Part shown: piece after piece, positions 9,599 to 21,327 of the stretch
Position numbering within the stretch: position 1 is the first letter of the stretch
Layout of the letters: each line of letters starts with the position of its first letter
NCBI GenBank assembly: GCA_038248345.1
Contig: JBBRXO010000001.1
Location: 1 to 64,000 of the forward strand
From: Armatimonadota bacterium
GTDB lineage: Bacteria > Armatimonadota > Hebobacteria > CAIYQO01
Direction: 5' to 3'
Length of the DNA stretch: 64,000 nt
Translations under genes and position numbers: made by a program
Notes under the pieces: model-generated
What the model saw: only the letters and a program-made list of their open reading frames with translations
Database searches by the model: none
What the model was told of the DNA's origin: nothing

Positions 9599-10834
9599 TT
9601 ACTCCCCTTCCACTACTTGCATAGCAATTTCCGCCCAGCGCCAGAGCCGTTGTGGCTCATAGGCGACGGTGCTGATGTCTTTGAGGATCAATTCCAGCGG
9701 GCAACCGTATTTCGCGCAGACATCCACTGTTGTCTGCAGGTGTTCACGGACGCTTTGCTCATCGAAGTTCGTCCAGGCCAACAGCGCCGGGTTGGGCTTC
9801 CGCGAGAAGACATAATCACCTTTTATCTCCGCCGCGCCGATCTCTTCATTCACCCACGGACTCATGGAAATCTTGCGCAGGTTAGGAATTTTACGCACTT
9901 GTGCCATCTTCCGATCCAGCGGATCGCAACAACCATAGTAGACCAAACCAAAGCGTTCAAATATTGGCATGCACATATCGATCTCATACTCCTCAAACAT
10001 CGCCGGTGACACGGTGGAGAACATCTGCGCCAGGCCGAACATCCATATATCTTTAGTGCGCGGCTTCGCCGGGTCATATCCGGGGGCTGGCAGTTCGTCA
10101 GTGAAAGCCCCCGTACAGTGGATCAACGACTGTTGATTACAGAGCAACCCCTGCTCCTCCATTTGGTCGAGCATACTCATATACCCGGTCACCATGCGCT
10201 GTGCCATCTCCACCATGTATTCGGGCTGGTCAATTAAGGTGTACAGCGCGCCTTCCACACCCATCCACATACTAATAATATCCCACACAGTAAGGTAGGG
10301 ATCATAACCCTGCAGGTGAATGGGGAGCGTGCCATCAAACAACTCGTGCGCAAAATTCAGTCGCCGTACCGTTTCTTCGGCATCATGAGTGACCACTGGC
10401 GTTTTGATTTTATCAAGGTCGGCATCGGTGACAAATTGGTTTTTGTAGGAATGCCCGACAACACTATTGGTCGCATCTCCTACCGAAATATCCTCATGTA
10501 TCTGTACATTGAAACCAGTGTTGCCGATTGCCTGATGTACTCGAATGAAAGGATCTACCACCATATCCACCGGGAAATGCCGCCATTGATATATCTGCTG
10601 ACGCAAGTTGTTCTCATAGCTGCGACATTCGGCATCTTCACAGATGAGGGTTAACTCGTCGTTCACGTTCATCTCGTTCCAGCATATCTGATCAATCAGA
10701 ACCATCGGACGCACAGTTTGCAGGCTGTTCTTCCGCCGCCACATAGCACGCTTCTCTTCCTGTACCGGCAGTGCGGCTATCTCTGCTACCTGGGTGGCCA
10801 GGCGGGTTATGGTGTCTTTATCCTGTTGTAACAT
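9599..10834 (-). CDS. Uroporphyrinogen decarboxylase/methyltransferase-like TIM-barrel protein
   Basis: VSPAMFEEY and YYGCCDPL motifs typical of the URO-D-like superfamily. GAGGAG RBS. Confidence 0.6.
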   Translation of the reverse strand: MLQQDKDTITRLATQVAEIAALPVQEEKRAMWRRKNSLQTVRPMVLIDQICWNEMNVNDELTLICEDAECRSYENNLRQQIYQWRHFPVDMVVDPFIRVHQAIGNTGFNVQIHEDISVGDATNSVVGHSYKNQFVTDADLDKIKTPVVTHDAEETVRRLNFAHELFDGTLPIHLQGYDPYLTVWDIISMWMGVEGALYTLIDQPEYMVEMAQRMVTGYMSMLDQMEEQGLLCNQQSLIHCTGAFTDELPAPGYDPAKPRTKDIWMFGLAQMFSTVSPAMFEEYEIDMCMPIFERFGLVYYGCCDPLDRKMAQVRKIPNLRKISMSPWVNEEIGAAEIKGDYVFSRKPNPALLAWTNFDEQSVREHLQTTVDVCAKYGCPLELILKDISTVAYEPQRLWRWAEIAMQVVEGE

Positions 10835-11060
10835 GGCTATCTCCTCGTTAACTGCAATAATTCGTGCATTGCCAGTCCAGTTCCTTTTTTTTATCCTCCC
10901 TTCGTGTCTTTTATGATTTCCCCGTCCCGTTGATCATTAACTGCCTACTGCGATAATGGATAAATAGGAATTAGAAAACTTGCTACTGGTTGGACATGGG
11001 ATTATGCTTTAAGGTAGAATTACATGCGGATTGAGTTAAACTACTGTTGAGAGGTTGTGA

Positions 11061-12434
11061 GTGATGGGTAAATTTGTCCCCCAGCGGACCTATAACCATA
11101 TCTGGACGTCAATTAAGCATAATGATCTGCTAATTGAGAAGAAACAGGTAGCCGAGGAAGGTATCGATATCTCTTCAGTCCAGGATGAGTTCGCCGCGTT
11201 GGAGCAGCTGGAGAACTTGGATACCGTGGAATTGCAGGAGCGTGCCAACGCTTTGCTGGATATCATTCAAACACTGCCGCTGCTCGCTGAATACCCGCAT
11301 ATTGAGCCCTCTGGTCTGGAAACAATCCGTGCCGAACGTCCCGCGCCTGTTGTCTTGCCGACAGAGATGCCGAACGACGCTACCATACTTAATAAGGTAT
11401 TAGGTGCCTGGCAGGGACGGGCCAGTGGATGCCTGCTGGGTAAGCCGGTAGAAGGCGAGAAGTCGGCGCAAATGCGTAAATACCTGGAGGCCCAGGGGCG
11501 TTGGCCGCTGGCCGGATATTTCTCTAATCAGGTACCAGCGGGGATGGCGCAGGAAACAGCCATACATAAGAGATTTACCGGAGTATATGAGGAAGACATC
11601 ACCTGCATGATCGAGGATGATGATACGAATTACACGGTAACCGGATTAGCGATAATTGAAGAATATGGCGCAGATTTTCAGCCGAAAGATGTCGCGGACT
11701 TCTGGATGGGTAATATCCCCTTCCTGCATGTCTGTACCGCCGAGCGTGTTGCGTATCGAAATTTCACCGAAGGCATCGTGCCACCTGACTCAGCTCGCTA
11801 TCGCAATGTCTATCGTGAATGGATCGGTGCGCAGATTCGCGCTGACTTCTTCGGCTATGTAAATCCAGCGAATCCGGCACGGGCAGCTGAATTCGCCTGG
11901 CGCGACGCCAGCATCAGCCATGTAAAAAATGGTGTCTATGGCGAAATGTGGGTGGCAGCAATGCTGGCCGCGGCTTACGTATGTGATGATGTAATTACCG
12001 TCATCCGTGCTGGCCTGGCACAAATACCCGCCACCTGCCGCCTGACTAAGAATATCGAGCACATCATCAACCTGTATATAGACGGCGTCAGCTATGATGA
12101 TGCCATCGCCGATGTACGAACACGCTGGGACGAGTATTGCCAACATGATTGGTGTCACACCATCAGCAATGCCGAGATAGTGGCAGTTGCGCTGCTCTGG
12201 GGTAAAAAAGACTTCGAGAAGACCATCACCATGAGCGTAATTCCCGGCTTCGACACCGACTGCAATGGCGCAACCTCAGGTAGTGTACTCGGGATTATCC
12301 TCGGCGCCGCCGCGCTGCCAGCGAAATGGATCGCTCCGATGAACGATACTTTACTCACTGGCGTGTCAGGATATTACAAAGTTTCTTTGAAAGAGATGGC
12401 AAACAAGACACTGGAACTGATCAAAAAGATATAG
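11061..12434 (+). CDS. ADP-ribosylglycohydrolase family protein
   Basis: GAW.GR..GCLLGKPVEG, DDDT.YT, WIGAQIRAD and DTDCNGAT.GS motifs. Confidence 0.88.
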   Translation: MMGKFVPQRTYNHIWTSIKHNDLLIEKKQVAEEGIDISSVQDEFAALEQLENLDTVELQERANALLDIIQTLPLLAEYPHIEPSGLETIRAERPAPVVLPTEMPNDATILNKVLGAWQGRASGCLLGKPVEGEKSAQMRKYLEAQGRWPLAGYFSNQVPAGMAQETAIHKRFTGVYEEDITCMIEDDDTNYTVTGLAIIEEYGADFQPKDVADFWMGNIPFLHVCTAERVAYRNFTEGIVPPDSARYRNVYREWIGAQIRADFFGYVNPANPARAAEFAWRDASISHVKNGVYGEMWVAAMLAAAYVCDDVITVIRAGLAQIPATCRLTKNIEHIINLYIDGVSYDDAIADVRTRWDEYCQHDWCHTISNAEIVAVALLWGKKDFEKTITMSVIPGFDTDCNGATSGSVLGIILGAAALPAKWIAPMNDTLLTGVSGYYKVSLKEMANKTLELIKKI

Positions 12435-12463
12435 AATAACAAGAAACGGGAGGTATAACGAAG

Positions 12464-12961
12464 ATGAAAAGCCAAGTAGGAATAATCATGGGCAGCGATT
12501 CTGACTTGCCTATTATGAAAGCAGCCGCAATGGCGCTCGATGAACTGGGGGTAGGCTATGAGATGCACATCATGAGCGCTCACCGCACTCCCGAGGATGT
12601 GGCCTCCTTCGCCGTAGAAGCGCCCGAACGGGATGTCCGCGTATTTATCGCGGGTGCGGGCGGAGCAGCGCACCTGGCGGGTGTGCTGGCAGCCTATACT
12701 GTGTTACCGGTGATCGGCGTACCGATATCATCCGGCAGCGCTTCCCTCGGCGGTCTCGACGCACTGCTGGCGATGGTACAGATGCCCGCGGGCATCCCGG
12801 TAGGTACGGTGGCCATCAATGGCGCCAGAAATGCCGGCCTGCTGGCTGCGCAGATCATCGCCGTCAATAACCCCGAGCTAACTGCCAAACTAGCCTCCAT
12901 GCGCGACCAAATGGCAGAAAGTGTACGCGCTAAAGACAGGAAATTACAAGAGAATTCCTGA
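12464..12961 (+). CDS. purE: N5-carboxyaminoimidazole ribonucleotide mutase
   Basis: IIMGSDSD, SAHRTP, IAGAGGAAHL and VQMP.G.PV.TV.I motifs. Confidence 0.97.
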   Translation: MKSQVGIIMGSDSDLPIMKAAAMALDELGVGYEMHIMSAHRTPEDVASFAVEAPERDVRVFIAGAGGAAHLAGVLAAYTVLPVIGVPISSGSASLGGLDALLAMVQMPAGIPVGTVAINGARNAGLLAAQIIAVNNPELTAKLASMRDQMAESVRAKDRKLQENS

Positions 12962-13115
12962 TCGCGTAATCGCGGAGCCTACCCCGGGTTTCGCCGGGGC
13001 TATGTTATTATCCGATTGAGAGCTACTGAACCCTAGTGGATTGTAATATTGAAGTCGGTTGCCAATAAAGTCCACCATGGTCATTACCTTCAATCTCAAA
13101 TATTCGAGGTATATT

Positions 13116-15101
13116 ATGCGTTTTGGAGCAGCTTATTATCCTGAGCACTGGCCGCGTGAGCGTTGGGAGGCCGACGCCCGCATGATGCAAGAGGCCGGTT
13201 TCAACATAGTACGTATGGGCGAATTCGCCTGGACGCGTTTCGAGCCGCGTGAGGGTGAGTTCGATTTTGCCTGGCTGGATGAATCAATCGCTCTCCTGGG
13301 TAAGCATGGTATTCAGACGCTATTAGGTACCCCTACGGCCACTCCGCCAGGATGGCTGATGGAACAAGACCCGGAAGTTCGCCCGGTATTATACGATGGC
13401 TATGCTGTGGGCTTCGGTGGACGACGGCATTATTGTCCGACTAACGCAAAATACCGTGAGCATACTGCCCGAATTGTCCGAGCAATGGGCGAGCATTATG
13501 CTGCTAATCCCAACATCGCTTGCTGGCAGATTGACAATGAACTTGCTGGTCACCAGGATACCTGCTTCTGCCCCAGTTGCCATTCCGCATTCCATAAGTG
13601 GTTACAGGAACAATACAGCACCCTGGATGCGTTGAATGAGGCTTGGGGGACTGAATTCTGGAGTGAACTATTCACCGACTGGTCGCAAATACCCATGCCG
13701 GTACGTATTTCAGGTGCGCATAACCCCAGCTTGCAATTGGCCTGGCATCGGTTTTTTACCGATGTGTGGACGGATTATTACACTTTTCAAGCAGATATTC
13801 TGCGTGAATGTGGCGTGACGGCACCGATCACCACTAATCTGATGGGACTTTTTACTGGCCTTGACTACAACACCCACGCACGGGCGCTGGACTTCGTCAC
13901 CTGGGACAATTATCCAGGTTTTTCAACCGATGGCCATTATAGTTCAGCGATGGCAAACGACTACATGCGTGGTATAGGTGATGGCAGACCGTTCTGGGTG
14001 GTGGAACAACAAAGTGGAGTGGGCGGCTGGAATAAAATATTCGCGCGCACTGCCCCCGGCTACATACGGCTGATGGCCTACCAGACTATCGCCCACGGTG
14101 GCGCTGGGATACTTTTCTTCCGTTGGCGCAGTTGTCGCTTTGGGGTCGAGCAGTATTGGCACGGCATCCTGCAACATGATGGACGGCCAAACTGGCGTTA
14201 CCATGAAGTCTGCAATATGGGCAAAGAGATCGCCGCCTTACCGGCAGATATCTTCACTGCTCAAACCAGGGCGGATGTAGCGCTACTCTACTCCACCGAC
14301 CAAGCGTGGGCACACGATATCCAGTCTCATGTGGAAGGGTTCAGCTATAACAACGAAATCTCCCCGATCTACAACACCCTACGCGATGCGGGGATTGACA
14401 CTGACCTGGTGAATGAAGAATCTGATTTTTCGGGGTACCGAGTGCTCATCGCCCCTGCGTGGGAGCTTATCCCTGCCGACACCGCTGAACGTGTTATCGA
14501 CTTCGTGCGTAACGGTGGTATCCTGGTTTGCACCTTCCGCAGCGCGGTGAAAGATTGGGATGGGGTAATCTTCAGTGATCCGCTACCTGGCCCGCTTCGC
14601 GGGGTACTGGGGATCACCATTGATGATTACGACGCCCTGGGGACGCAAAATGCCAGTGTCAGCCTGCAACTCACTGGCGCGGCGCCGATGGTGGGCGCGC
14701 ATAAAGGTACGCTGTGGGCAGATGTCATCACCGCCGAAGAAGCGGAACCCGCCGCGGTCTTCACCGAGGGGTGGTATATTGGTAAACCGGCGATAACCGT
14801 GAATCACTTCGGCAGCGGCGAAGCGTGGTATATCGGGACGCACTTGAATACTGACTTCTGGAAACCTTTCGTGAGTTACCTGCAGGCGGCAACTGACATC
14901 CCGCATACCTCCGCTACCTCGCCGGGTGTGGAGATCGCTCACCGATACGGCAACCGCAAATACACCTTCGTGATGAACATGAACAGTTCAGCTGGATGGA
15001 TCGACCTTAATGTTCCCACGACCGATCTCCTCACCGGAGAGGAGCTTAAAACAGGCATCATTGACATCCCAGGTTTCGGAGTGATGATACTTGTGCAGTA
15101 G
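13116..15101 (+). CDS. Beta-galactosidase, GH42
   Basis: YYPEHW, GEFAW...EP.EG.FDF.WLD, WQIDNE, FFRWR....G.EQYWHG and a trimerisation domain. GAGGT RBS before ATG 13116. Confidence 0.92.
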   Translation: MRFGAAYYPEHWPRERWEADARMMQEAGFNIVRMGEFAWTRFEPREGEFDFAWLDESIALLGKHGIQTLLGTPTATPPGWLMEQDPEVRPVLYDGYAVGFGGRRHYCPTNAKYREHTARIVRAMGEHYAANPNIACWQIDNELAGHQDTCFCPSCHSAFHKWLQEQYSTLDALNEAWGTEFWSELFTDWSQIPMPVRISGAHNPSLQLAWHRFFTDVWTDYYTFQADILRECGVTAPITTNLMGLFTGLDYNTHARALDFVTWDNYPGFSTDGHYSSAMANDYMRGIGDGRPFWVVEQQSGVGGWNKIFARTAPGYIRLMAYQTIAHGGAGILFFRWRSCRFGVEQYWHGILQHDGRPNWRYHEVCNMGKEIAALPADIFTAQTRADVALLYSTDQAWAHDIQSHVEGFSYNNEISPIYNTLRDAGIDTDLVNEESDFSGYRVLIAPAWELIPADTAERVIDFVRNGGILVCTFRSAVKDWDGVIFSDPLPGPLRGVLGITIDDYDALGTQNASVSLQLTGAAPMVGAHKGTLWADVITAEEAEPAAVFTEGWYIGKPAITVNHFGSGEAWYIGTHLNTDFWKPFVSYLQAATDIPHTSATSPGVEIAHRYGNRKYTFVMNMNSSAGWIDLNVPTTDLLTGEELKTGIIDIPGFGVMILVQ

Positions 15102-15109
15102 GGAGTTCT

Positions 15110-17059
15110 ATGGCCTATTCTAAACTGTCAGACGACAATTCTTTGGATTGCGAAGCTGAATATTGCTATCAGGATCTATTTGATTCGGCTCCTGATGGCT
15201 ATCTCGTCACTGATGCCAAGGGGATAATACATCAAGCTAACCCGGCAGCGGCGCGGCTACTGGCCATCCCACCGGATGAAATACGGGGGATGGCAATACC
15301 TGATTTCGTCATCGAAAAAGATCAATGGAAAGCCCACCTGGCTATGCTGACGCAGCAACAAGCTGTCGAAGATGCACAACCATGGGTGGTACACATTAAG
15401 CCGAAGGTGGCCATACCATTCTGGGCGTCGATCACCACCGCAATATCCCACGCATCCACCGGGGAGATCACCAGCTTCCGCTGGTTAATACGCGATATCT
15501 CCGAGAGTAAACAGATTGAAGAAGCGCAGTTATTCCTGCTCAAAAGTAGTTGGTCAACTTTAGGTGAGGATTTTTTCGCCTCACTGGCACGATACTTGTC
15601 GGAAGTATTATGGATGGATTATGTCTGCATTGATCGGCTGAAGGGGGATTTACTTTCGGCGCAAACGGTAGCAATCTACTACGATGGCAAGAATGAACCT
15701 AATGAATCCTACCACCTGCAGGACACTCCTTGCGGTACCGTGGTTGGCAAAACTATCTGTTGTTTCAAAGAAAATGTGCGGGGGTTATTCCCCCGGGACA
15801 TAGCGCTGCAAGAGATGAAGGCAGAGAGTTATGTGGGGACTACCCTATGGAGTTCACAAGGGCTACCGATTGGACTAATCGCTATCATTGGACGCAAACC
15901 ACTGAAAAACCCAAAACTGGCGGAAACGATATTGCAGTTAGTAGCGATCCGCGCGGCGGGGGAATTAGAACGCCGCCAGGCGGAAGAAGTACTGAAAATT
16001 TCGGAAGAGACGTTTAACAGGACTTTTCATAGTCATGCAGCAGCAATGGCGCTGGCTAGTCTCGATGATAACACGATTATTGACGTCAATGATCGTTGGC
16101 TTGAATTAAGCGGCTACGATCGTGAGGAAGTCATTGGGAAATACGCTAATCGACTTGGTATCTGGAAGGATAATGAAGATCGCACCTCGATGATAAACGA
16201 TTTGCTCGACGGCGTCATCGTACGTGATAGAGAATTCAAATTCCTGAAAAAGTCCGGCGAAGAATGGACAGCGCTTTCTTCCTCCCAAATTATCAATGTG
16301 GGCGGCAAGCAAGTCCTGCTCTCCTCATCTGTTGATATCACCGAACGAAAAAAAGTAGAAAATGCACTGCTGGAGGCTGACCAGGCCAAAGATGAATTTC
16401 TTGCTGTGCTTTCACATGAGCTACAGACTCCCCTCACCAGTATGCTCGGTTGGTCGGCGGAGGCAATCCGCATTGGTACACCGGAGATGATGGAACGAGC
16501 GATGGAAATTGTACATCGGAATGCATTACGGCAAAAACGCCTAATCGACGATATCCTAGAGATGTCACGGCTGATTCATCACAAAATAGACTTGCAACTG
16601 GAGGTATCTGACCTCTGGACGCAGGCAAATATGGCCGTAGAGAATGTACTGCAAAACGCCACCGAACAAAAAATATCGCTGAAATTAGCGCCACTAGAAA
16701 TTCAACTACCGATTCAAGTTGATATCAACCGTATGCAACAATGCATCGCTAACCTACTCCATAATAGCCTGAAATTTACTCCTGAAGGGGGAACGATATC
16801 ACTTAAATGTTCTCGCGAGGGCAAGCGCGCAGCGTTACGGATATCTGATACTGGACGCGGTCTCAGTGCGGAAGCGCTACCGATGATATTTGACATCTTC
16901 CGCCAGGTAAAACGGGATGAACGCGTCGGTGGTTTAGGACTGGGATTGGCAATAACACGCGGTATTGTTGAACTACATGGAGGGGGGATAACCGCAGAAA
17001 GCGCCGGGGAAAATCTAGGAAGCGCCATTACCCTCTACTTACCCCTGGTAGCAGTGTAA
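15110..17059 (+). CDS. PAS-GAF-PAS sensor histidine kinase
   Basis: Two PAS/PAC domains, a GAF-like segment, H-box LSHELQTPL, N-box NLLHNSLKFT, DTGRG and GLGLGLAI. Confidence 0.92.
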   Translation: MAYSKLSDDNSLDCEAEYCYQDLFDSAPDGYLVTDAKGIIHQANPAAARLLAIPPDEIRGMAIPDFVIEKDQWKAHLAMLTQQQAVEDAQPWVVHIKPKVAIPFWASITTAISHASTGEITSFRWLIRDISESKQIEEAQLFLLKSSWSTLGEDFFASLARYLSEVLWMDYVCIDRLKGDLLSAQTVAIYYDGKNEPNESYHLQDTPCGTVVGKTICCFKENVRGLFPRDIALQEMKAESYVGTTLWSSQGLPIGLIAIIGRKPLKNPKLAETILQLVAIRAAGELERRQAEEVLKISEETFNRTFHSHAAAMALASLDDNTIIDVNDRWLELSGYDREEVIGKYANRLGIWKDNEDRTSMINDLLDGVIVRDREFKFLKKSGEEWTALSSSQIINVGGKQVLLSSSVDITERKKVENALLEADQAKDEFLAVLSHELQTPLTSMLGWSAEAIRIGTPEMMERAMEIVHRNALRQKRLIDDILEMSRLIHHKIDLQLEVSDLWTQANMAVENVLQNATEQKISLKLAPLEIQLPIQVDINRMQQCIANLLHNSLKFTPEGGTISLKCSREGKRAALRISDTGRGLSAEALPMIFDIFRQVKRDERVGGLGLGLAITRGIVELHGGGITAESAGENLGSAITLYLPLVAV

Positions 17060-17108
17060 ACAAATACGACAATCCTCATAAAAACATAACAATTATGCGA
17101 AATTAGAT

Positions 17109-17137
17109 TTGACACAGCGGATATAATCGACTATAAT
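17109..17137 (+). promoter_or_regulatory. Consensus sigma70 promoter for rpoBC
   Basis: Perfect TTGACA-17 bp-TATAAT. Confidence 0.8.
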
Positions 17138-17358
17138 ACCCTTTCGTGCGAAGTTTCCGGGACGGCGCATATTGAGACAAAGTAAACGCATTGACGGTGT
17201 TCTATTATAAAAAAATTTAAATAGTGAGCCTGCGAGTGAAGCAAGCAGATCCCGTGCGGGGGCGTGGGAGACTTGCTTCACTTTTCGTGTTTACTCGGTC
17301 GTCCCCCGTCGGCCTATGCGGTCCCGGTTGTCCGCTTTAGCAATTTGCGGAGGTAGCA

Positions 17359-20300
17359 ATGAGACCTGTCATTCGCGTCAAAGGACGTAATCGGCAACAC
17401 CGAGTGGAGCAGATCCCTAACCTGATTGAGGTTCAGCTCAACTCATATCGCTGGTTCCTCAGGGAAGGGCTGCGAGAGTTGTTCGACAATTTCTCCCCAA
17501 TATCGGACTTCACGGGCAATTTACGCCTGAGTTTCGGCGAGTATACGCTGGGTGAGCCCAAGTACCCGCTGATTGAATGTCGTGATCGTGATGCAACACA
17601 TGAGGCACCCCTTAAGGTGCAAGTGCAGTTGCTCAACACCACCACTGGTGAAATGAAAGAGTCAGAGGTTTATCTCGGCGACTTGCCGATTATGACTGAT
17701 ACTGGCACCTTCATCATCAATGGGGCCGAGCGCGCCGTTGTCAGTCAGCTGGCCCGCTCACCTGGTGTTTACTTCAAAAGTAACATCGACTACTCTGGTA
17801 AAATCCTCTATAGCGCGCAGGTTATCCCCAGTGAGGGGGCGTGGCTGGACTTCGACACCGATGCCAATGGCGTCATCTCGGTGAAGATCGGTCAGGCGCA
17901 CCGCTTCCCGGCGACTACCCTGCTGCGTGCCATGCACCGTATCAATACAGTTCCTGGTCATGAGCTGCTTGCCACCAATAGCGATGCCGACATCATCAAC
18001 CTGTTCGGCTATCGTGAAGAGTTGGAGAACCCAGCAGCAGACGACTTGGTGCTCAAACGGGCAGCGGAAGATATTGTGGATACCAACACCGGCGAAGTGC
18101 TGGTGGAAAAAGGTATGCGCATCGACCGCCCGACAGCTCTAAAAATCGGTGGACTAAACCTCGCGAAAGTAGCAGTCATCCAAGTAAACTCGATGATTGA
18201 AGCAACGCTGGAGAAAGACCCCACCCGCAATGAAGACCAGGCGCTGGTAGATATCTATCGCCGCGACCGTCCGGGCGACCCGGTAACGCCAGAGTTGGCC
18301 CGCCAACGCTTGTCCGGCATCTTCGCTGACCCACGCCGTTACGACCAGGCACGTGTGGGACGCTACAAGCTGAACAAAAAACTCGGCATGAGCATCCCGG
18401 AGAAATATACTACCCTTACCAAGGAAGATTTGATCTCCATCATGCGCTATGTCATCCTTTTGGATGAAACGGTGGAATCTACTGACGCCATCAGTGTGGA
18501 CGAGATCGATCACTTGATGAATAAGCGCGTACGTAGCGTGGGCGAATTGCTGCAAAACCAGTTCCGCCTCGGCTTCCTGCGTATGGAGCGTATCATCCGC
18601 GAACGCATGACCAGCCTTGATCCAGAGAATATGACGCCGCAGTCGGTTATCAGTACCAAGCCAATTTCTGCTGCCATCAAATCATTCTTTGGTTCCTCGC
18701 AGCTGTCCCAGTTTATGGACCAGACCAACCCACTGGCCGAGTTGACGCACAAACGCCGTCTCTCTGCACTTGGGCCGGGTGGTTTGAGCCGCCAGAGCGC
18801 CAAACTTGAAGTCCGCGACGTCCATCACTCGCACTATGGTCGAATCTGTCCGATTGAAACGCCGGAAGGCCCGAACATTGGCCTTATTGGCTCCATGGCT
18901 GTCTACGGTCGGTTAAATGACTATGGCTTCCTGGAAACCCCTTACCGCAAGGTGATAAGCGGCAAAGTAACGGAAGATATTGAGTTCCTCACCGCTGATG
19001 AAGAGGAAGGACACTTTATCGTCCCGGCTACCACCAATGCGGATGATGACGGAACGATTATCCCGGACAAGGATGGACGCTGTATCTGCCGCCACCGTTC
19101 TTCTTACCCACGTATCCGCACGTCGGAAATCGACTATATGGATACCTCGGCCAAGCAGACGGTGTCCGTGGCTACTTGTCTCATCCCCTTCCTGGAGAAC
19201 GACGACGCTAACCGCGCTTTGATGGGCTCCAACATGCAACGCCAGAGCGTGCCGCTGGTACGCACACAGGCAAGCTATGTTATGACGGGGCTTGAATCCC
19301 GCGCCGCGCAGGATTCCGGAGCGGTGACGCTGGCACGTGCCGCCGGTATAGTCACGGCGGTCGACGCCTCACGCCTGGAAGTAACCCGCCCGGACGGCAT
19401 TGTGGATAATTATCGTTTGATCAATTTCCGCCGTTCCAACCAGGCGACCTGTATCAACCAGAAACCATTGGTCAACATCGGCCAGTATGTCACCAAGGGT
19501 ACCCCGATGGCCGATGGTGCCTGCACCGACAACGGCCACCTGGCACTGGGGCGCAACGTGCTGGTAGCCTTTATGCCGTGGGAAGGTTTCAACTACGAAG
19601 ACGCGATCATCCTCAATGAACGCATGTTCCGTGATGATGTCTATACCTCAATACATATCGAAAAATACGAGATCGAAGCGCGCGAAACCAAAGTGGGACC
19701 GGAAGAGATTACCCGCGACATCCCCAACGTCGGGGAAGATGCGCTACGCGATCTGGATGAAGATGGTGTTATCCGCGTGGGTGCCGAGGTGCGAGCCGAG
19801 GATATTCTGGTGGGTAAAGTTGCTCCCAAAGGACAGGAAGAACTTACCTCGGAGGAGAAACTGGTACGAGCAATCTTCGGCGAAAAAGCTGCCGAGATGC
19901 GCGATACTTCACTCCGTGTACCGCACGGCGAAAAGGGTAAAGTCGTCGACGTAAAACGCTTCAGCCGCATTAAATCACAGTGCGAACGCTGCGGACAGGA
20001 ATTCCAACTGGGTAAAGTGGAGTCGCTGACCTACTGCAATCGCTGCGGTGGCGCCCTCAAACGCATCCCCGGCGACGAACTCTCCCCCGGCGTCAATCAG
20101 CTGGTGCGCGTTTTCATTGCACAACGCCGTAAGATCATGGAAGGTGACAAGATGGCAGGGCGCCACGGTAACAAGGGCGTCGTCTCACGCATCCTGCCGC
20201 CCGCGGATATGCCGCATTTGCCCGATGGAACACCAGTTGATATCGTATTGAATCCGCTCGGTGTGCCTTCCCGTATGAATATCGGCCAGATCATGGAAAC

Positions 20301-21255
20301 GCATCTAGGGCTGGTAGCCAGCGAATTAGGTTGCTGTTTCAGCAACCCGATCTTCGAGGGAGCTCCTGAATCAGAGATTCTTACCTATCTGGCACTCACT
20401 ATGCAGCGCAAACGCCGTATGGTACTGACGGAATATATGCAGAGCGACATGGGTATCACAGCCGCTCCGGACTATACAGCCGAAATCACCGCCGAATCCC
20501 TGCGTGCCGAAATCGTCCGGGAGAATATGCCAAAACTGGTAAAGAACCTGGAAGAGTACAAAAACATATTCAAGCAGCATCTACTGGATGCCGCCAAATT
20601 GTTGATGCCCAAAATGCCTGCGAATAACCCGTTCAAACTGGTTACCGTTCGCCTGAGTGTCATGGATGCTTTTGATGATGCCGAAGCCCGCGCAAAATGG
20701 GCCGATGCTGACTTGGAGCAACGCGAAATCTGGCTGGCAAATGAACTGAAAGAGCGTGTTGATAGCCGTATCGGCTTCAACGAGAACACCGGTAAATGCT
20801 ATCTGTATGACGGGCGCACCGGCGATAAGTTCGACCAGCCGGTAACCATCGGCTACTGTTATATGCTAAAACTGGTCCACTTGGTAGACGATAAGATCCA
20901 TGCGCGTTCTACTGGACCATACAGCCTGGTTACCCAGCAGCCGTTGGGTGGTAAGGCACAGTTTGGCGGACAGCGCTTCGGTGAGATGGAAGTCTGGGCA
21001 CTGGAAGCCTACGGTGCAGCACACGTGTTGCAGGAGATTCTCACCATCAAGTCTGACGATGTGCAGGGCCGTGTAAAAACCTACGAATCTATCGTAAAGG
21101 GAGCCAATATCAACGAACCTGGTATCCCGGAATCGTTCAAGATTCTCATCAAAGAACTGCAATCGCTCGGGTTACAGATATCCGTTGAGAACGCCGAGGC
21201 CGAGAAAATCGACCTCGAACTCGAAGATGATGAACCGACCCGTCCCGGTCGCTAA
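17359..21255 (+). CDS. rpoB: DNA-directed RNA polymerase beta subunit
   Basis: [42 protein letters not shown] and [18 protein letters not shown]. Confidence 0.99.
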   Translation: MRPVIRVKGRNRQHRVEQIPNLIEVQLNSYRWFLREGLRELFDNFSPISDFTGNLRLSFGEYTLGEPKYPLIECRDRDATHEAPLKVQVQLLNTTTGEMKESEVYLGDLPIMTDTGTFIINGAERAVVSQLARSPGVYFKSNIDYSGKILYSAQVIPSEGAWLDFDTDANGVISVKIGQAHRFPATTLLRAMHRINTVPGHELLATNSDADIINLFGYREELENPAADDLVLKRAAEDIVDTNTGEVLVEKGMRIDRPTALKIGGLNLAKVAVIQVNSMIEATLEKDPTRNEDQALVDIYRRDRPGDPVTPELARQRLSGIFADPRRYDQARVGRYKLNKKLGMSIPEKYTTLTKEDLISIMRYVILLDETVESTDAISVDEIDHLMNKRVRSVGELLQNQFRLGFLRMERIIRERMTSLDPENMTPQSVISTKPISAAIKSFFGSSQLSQFMDQTNPLAELTHKRRLSALGPGGLSRQSAKLEVRDVHHSHYGRICPIETPEGPNIGLIGSMAVYGRLNDYGFLETPYRKVISGKVTEDIEFLTADEEEGHFIVPATTNADDDGTIIPDKDGRCICRHRSSYPRIRTSEIDYMDTSAKQTVSVATCLIPFLENDDANRALMGSNMQRQSVPLVRTQASYVMTGLESRAAQDSGAVTLARAAGIVTAVDASRLEVTRPDGIVDNYRLINFRRSNQATCINQKPLVNIGQYVTKGTPMADGACTDNGHLALGRNVLVAFMPWEGFNYEDAIILNERMFRDDVYTSIHIEKYEIEARETKVGPEEITRDIPNVGEDALRDLDEDGVIRVGAEVRAEDILVGKVAPKGQEELTSEEKLVRAIFGEKAAEMRDTSLRVPHGEKGKVVDVKRFSRIKSQCERCGQEFQLGKVESLTYCNRCGGALKRIPGDELSPGVNQLVRVFIAQRRKIMEGDKMAGRHGNKGVVSRILPPADMPHLPDGTPVDIVLNPLGVPSRMNIGQIMETHLGLVASELGCCFSNPIFEGAPESEILTYLALTMQRKRRMVLTEYMQSDMGITAAPDYTAEITAESLRAEIVRENMPKLVKNLEEYKNIFKQHLLDAAKLLMPKMPANNPFKLVTVRLSVMDAFDDAEARAKWADADLEQREIWLANELKERVDSRIGFNENTGKCYLYDGRTGDKFDQPVTIGYCYMLKLVHLVDDKIHARSTGPYSLVTQQPLGGKAQFGGQRFGEMEVWALEAYGAAHVLQEILTIKSDDVQGRVKTYESIVKGANINEPGIPESFKILIKELQSLGLQISVENAEAEKIDLELEDDEPTRPGR

Positions 21256-21327
21256 ACCGGGACGAGCGCCCCGGATATTCCGGGGCACGAGCTTATAGTA
21301 TTGGCGTCAATAAAAGCGAGGTGTAGT

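Noticed and set aside
18685..18790. Rifampicin-resistance allele in RpoB cluster I
   Set aside because: The key Q, D, H and S residues match the sensitive consensus.
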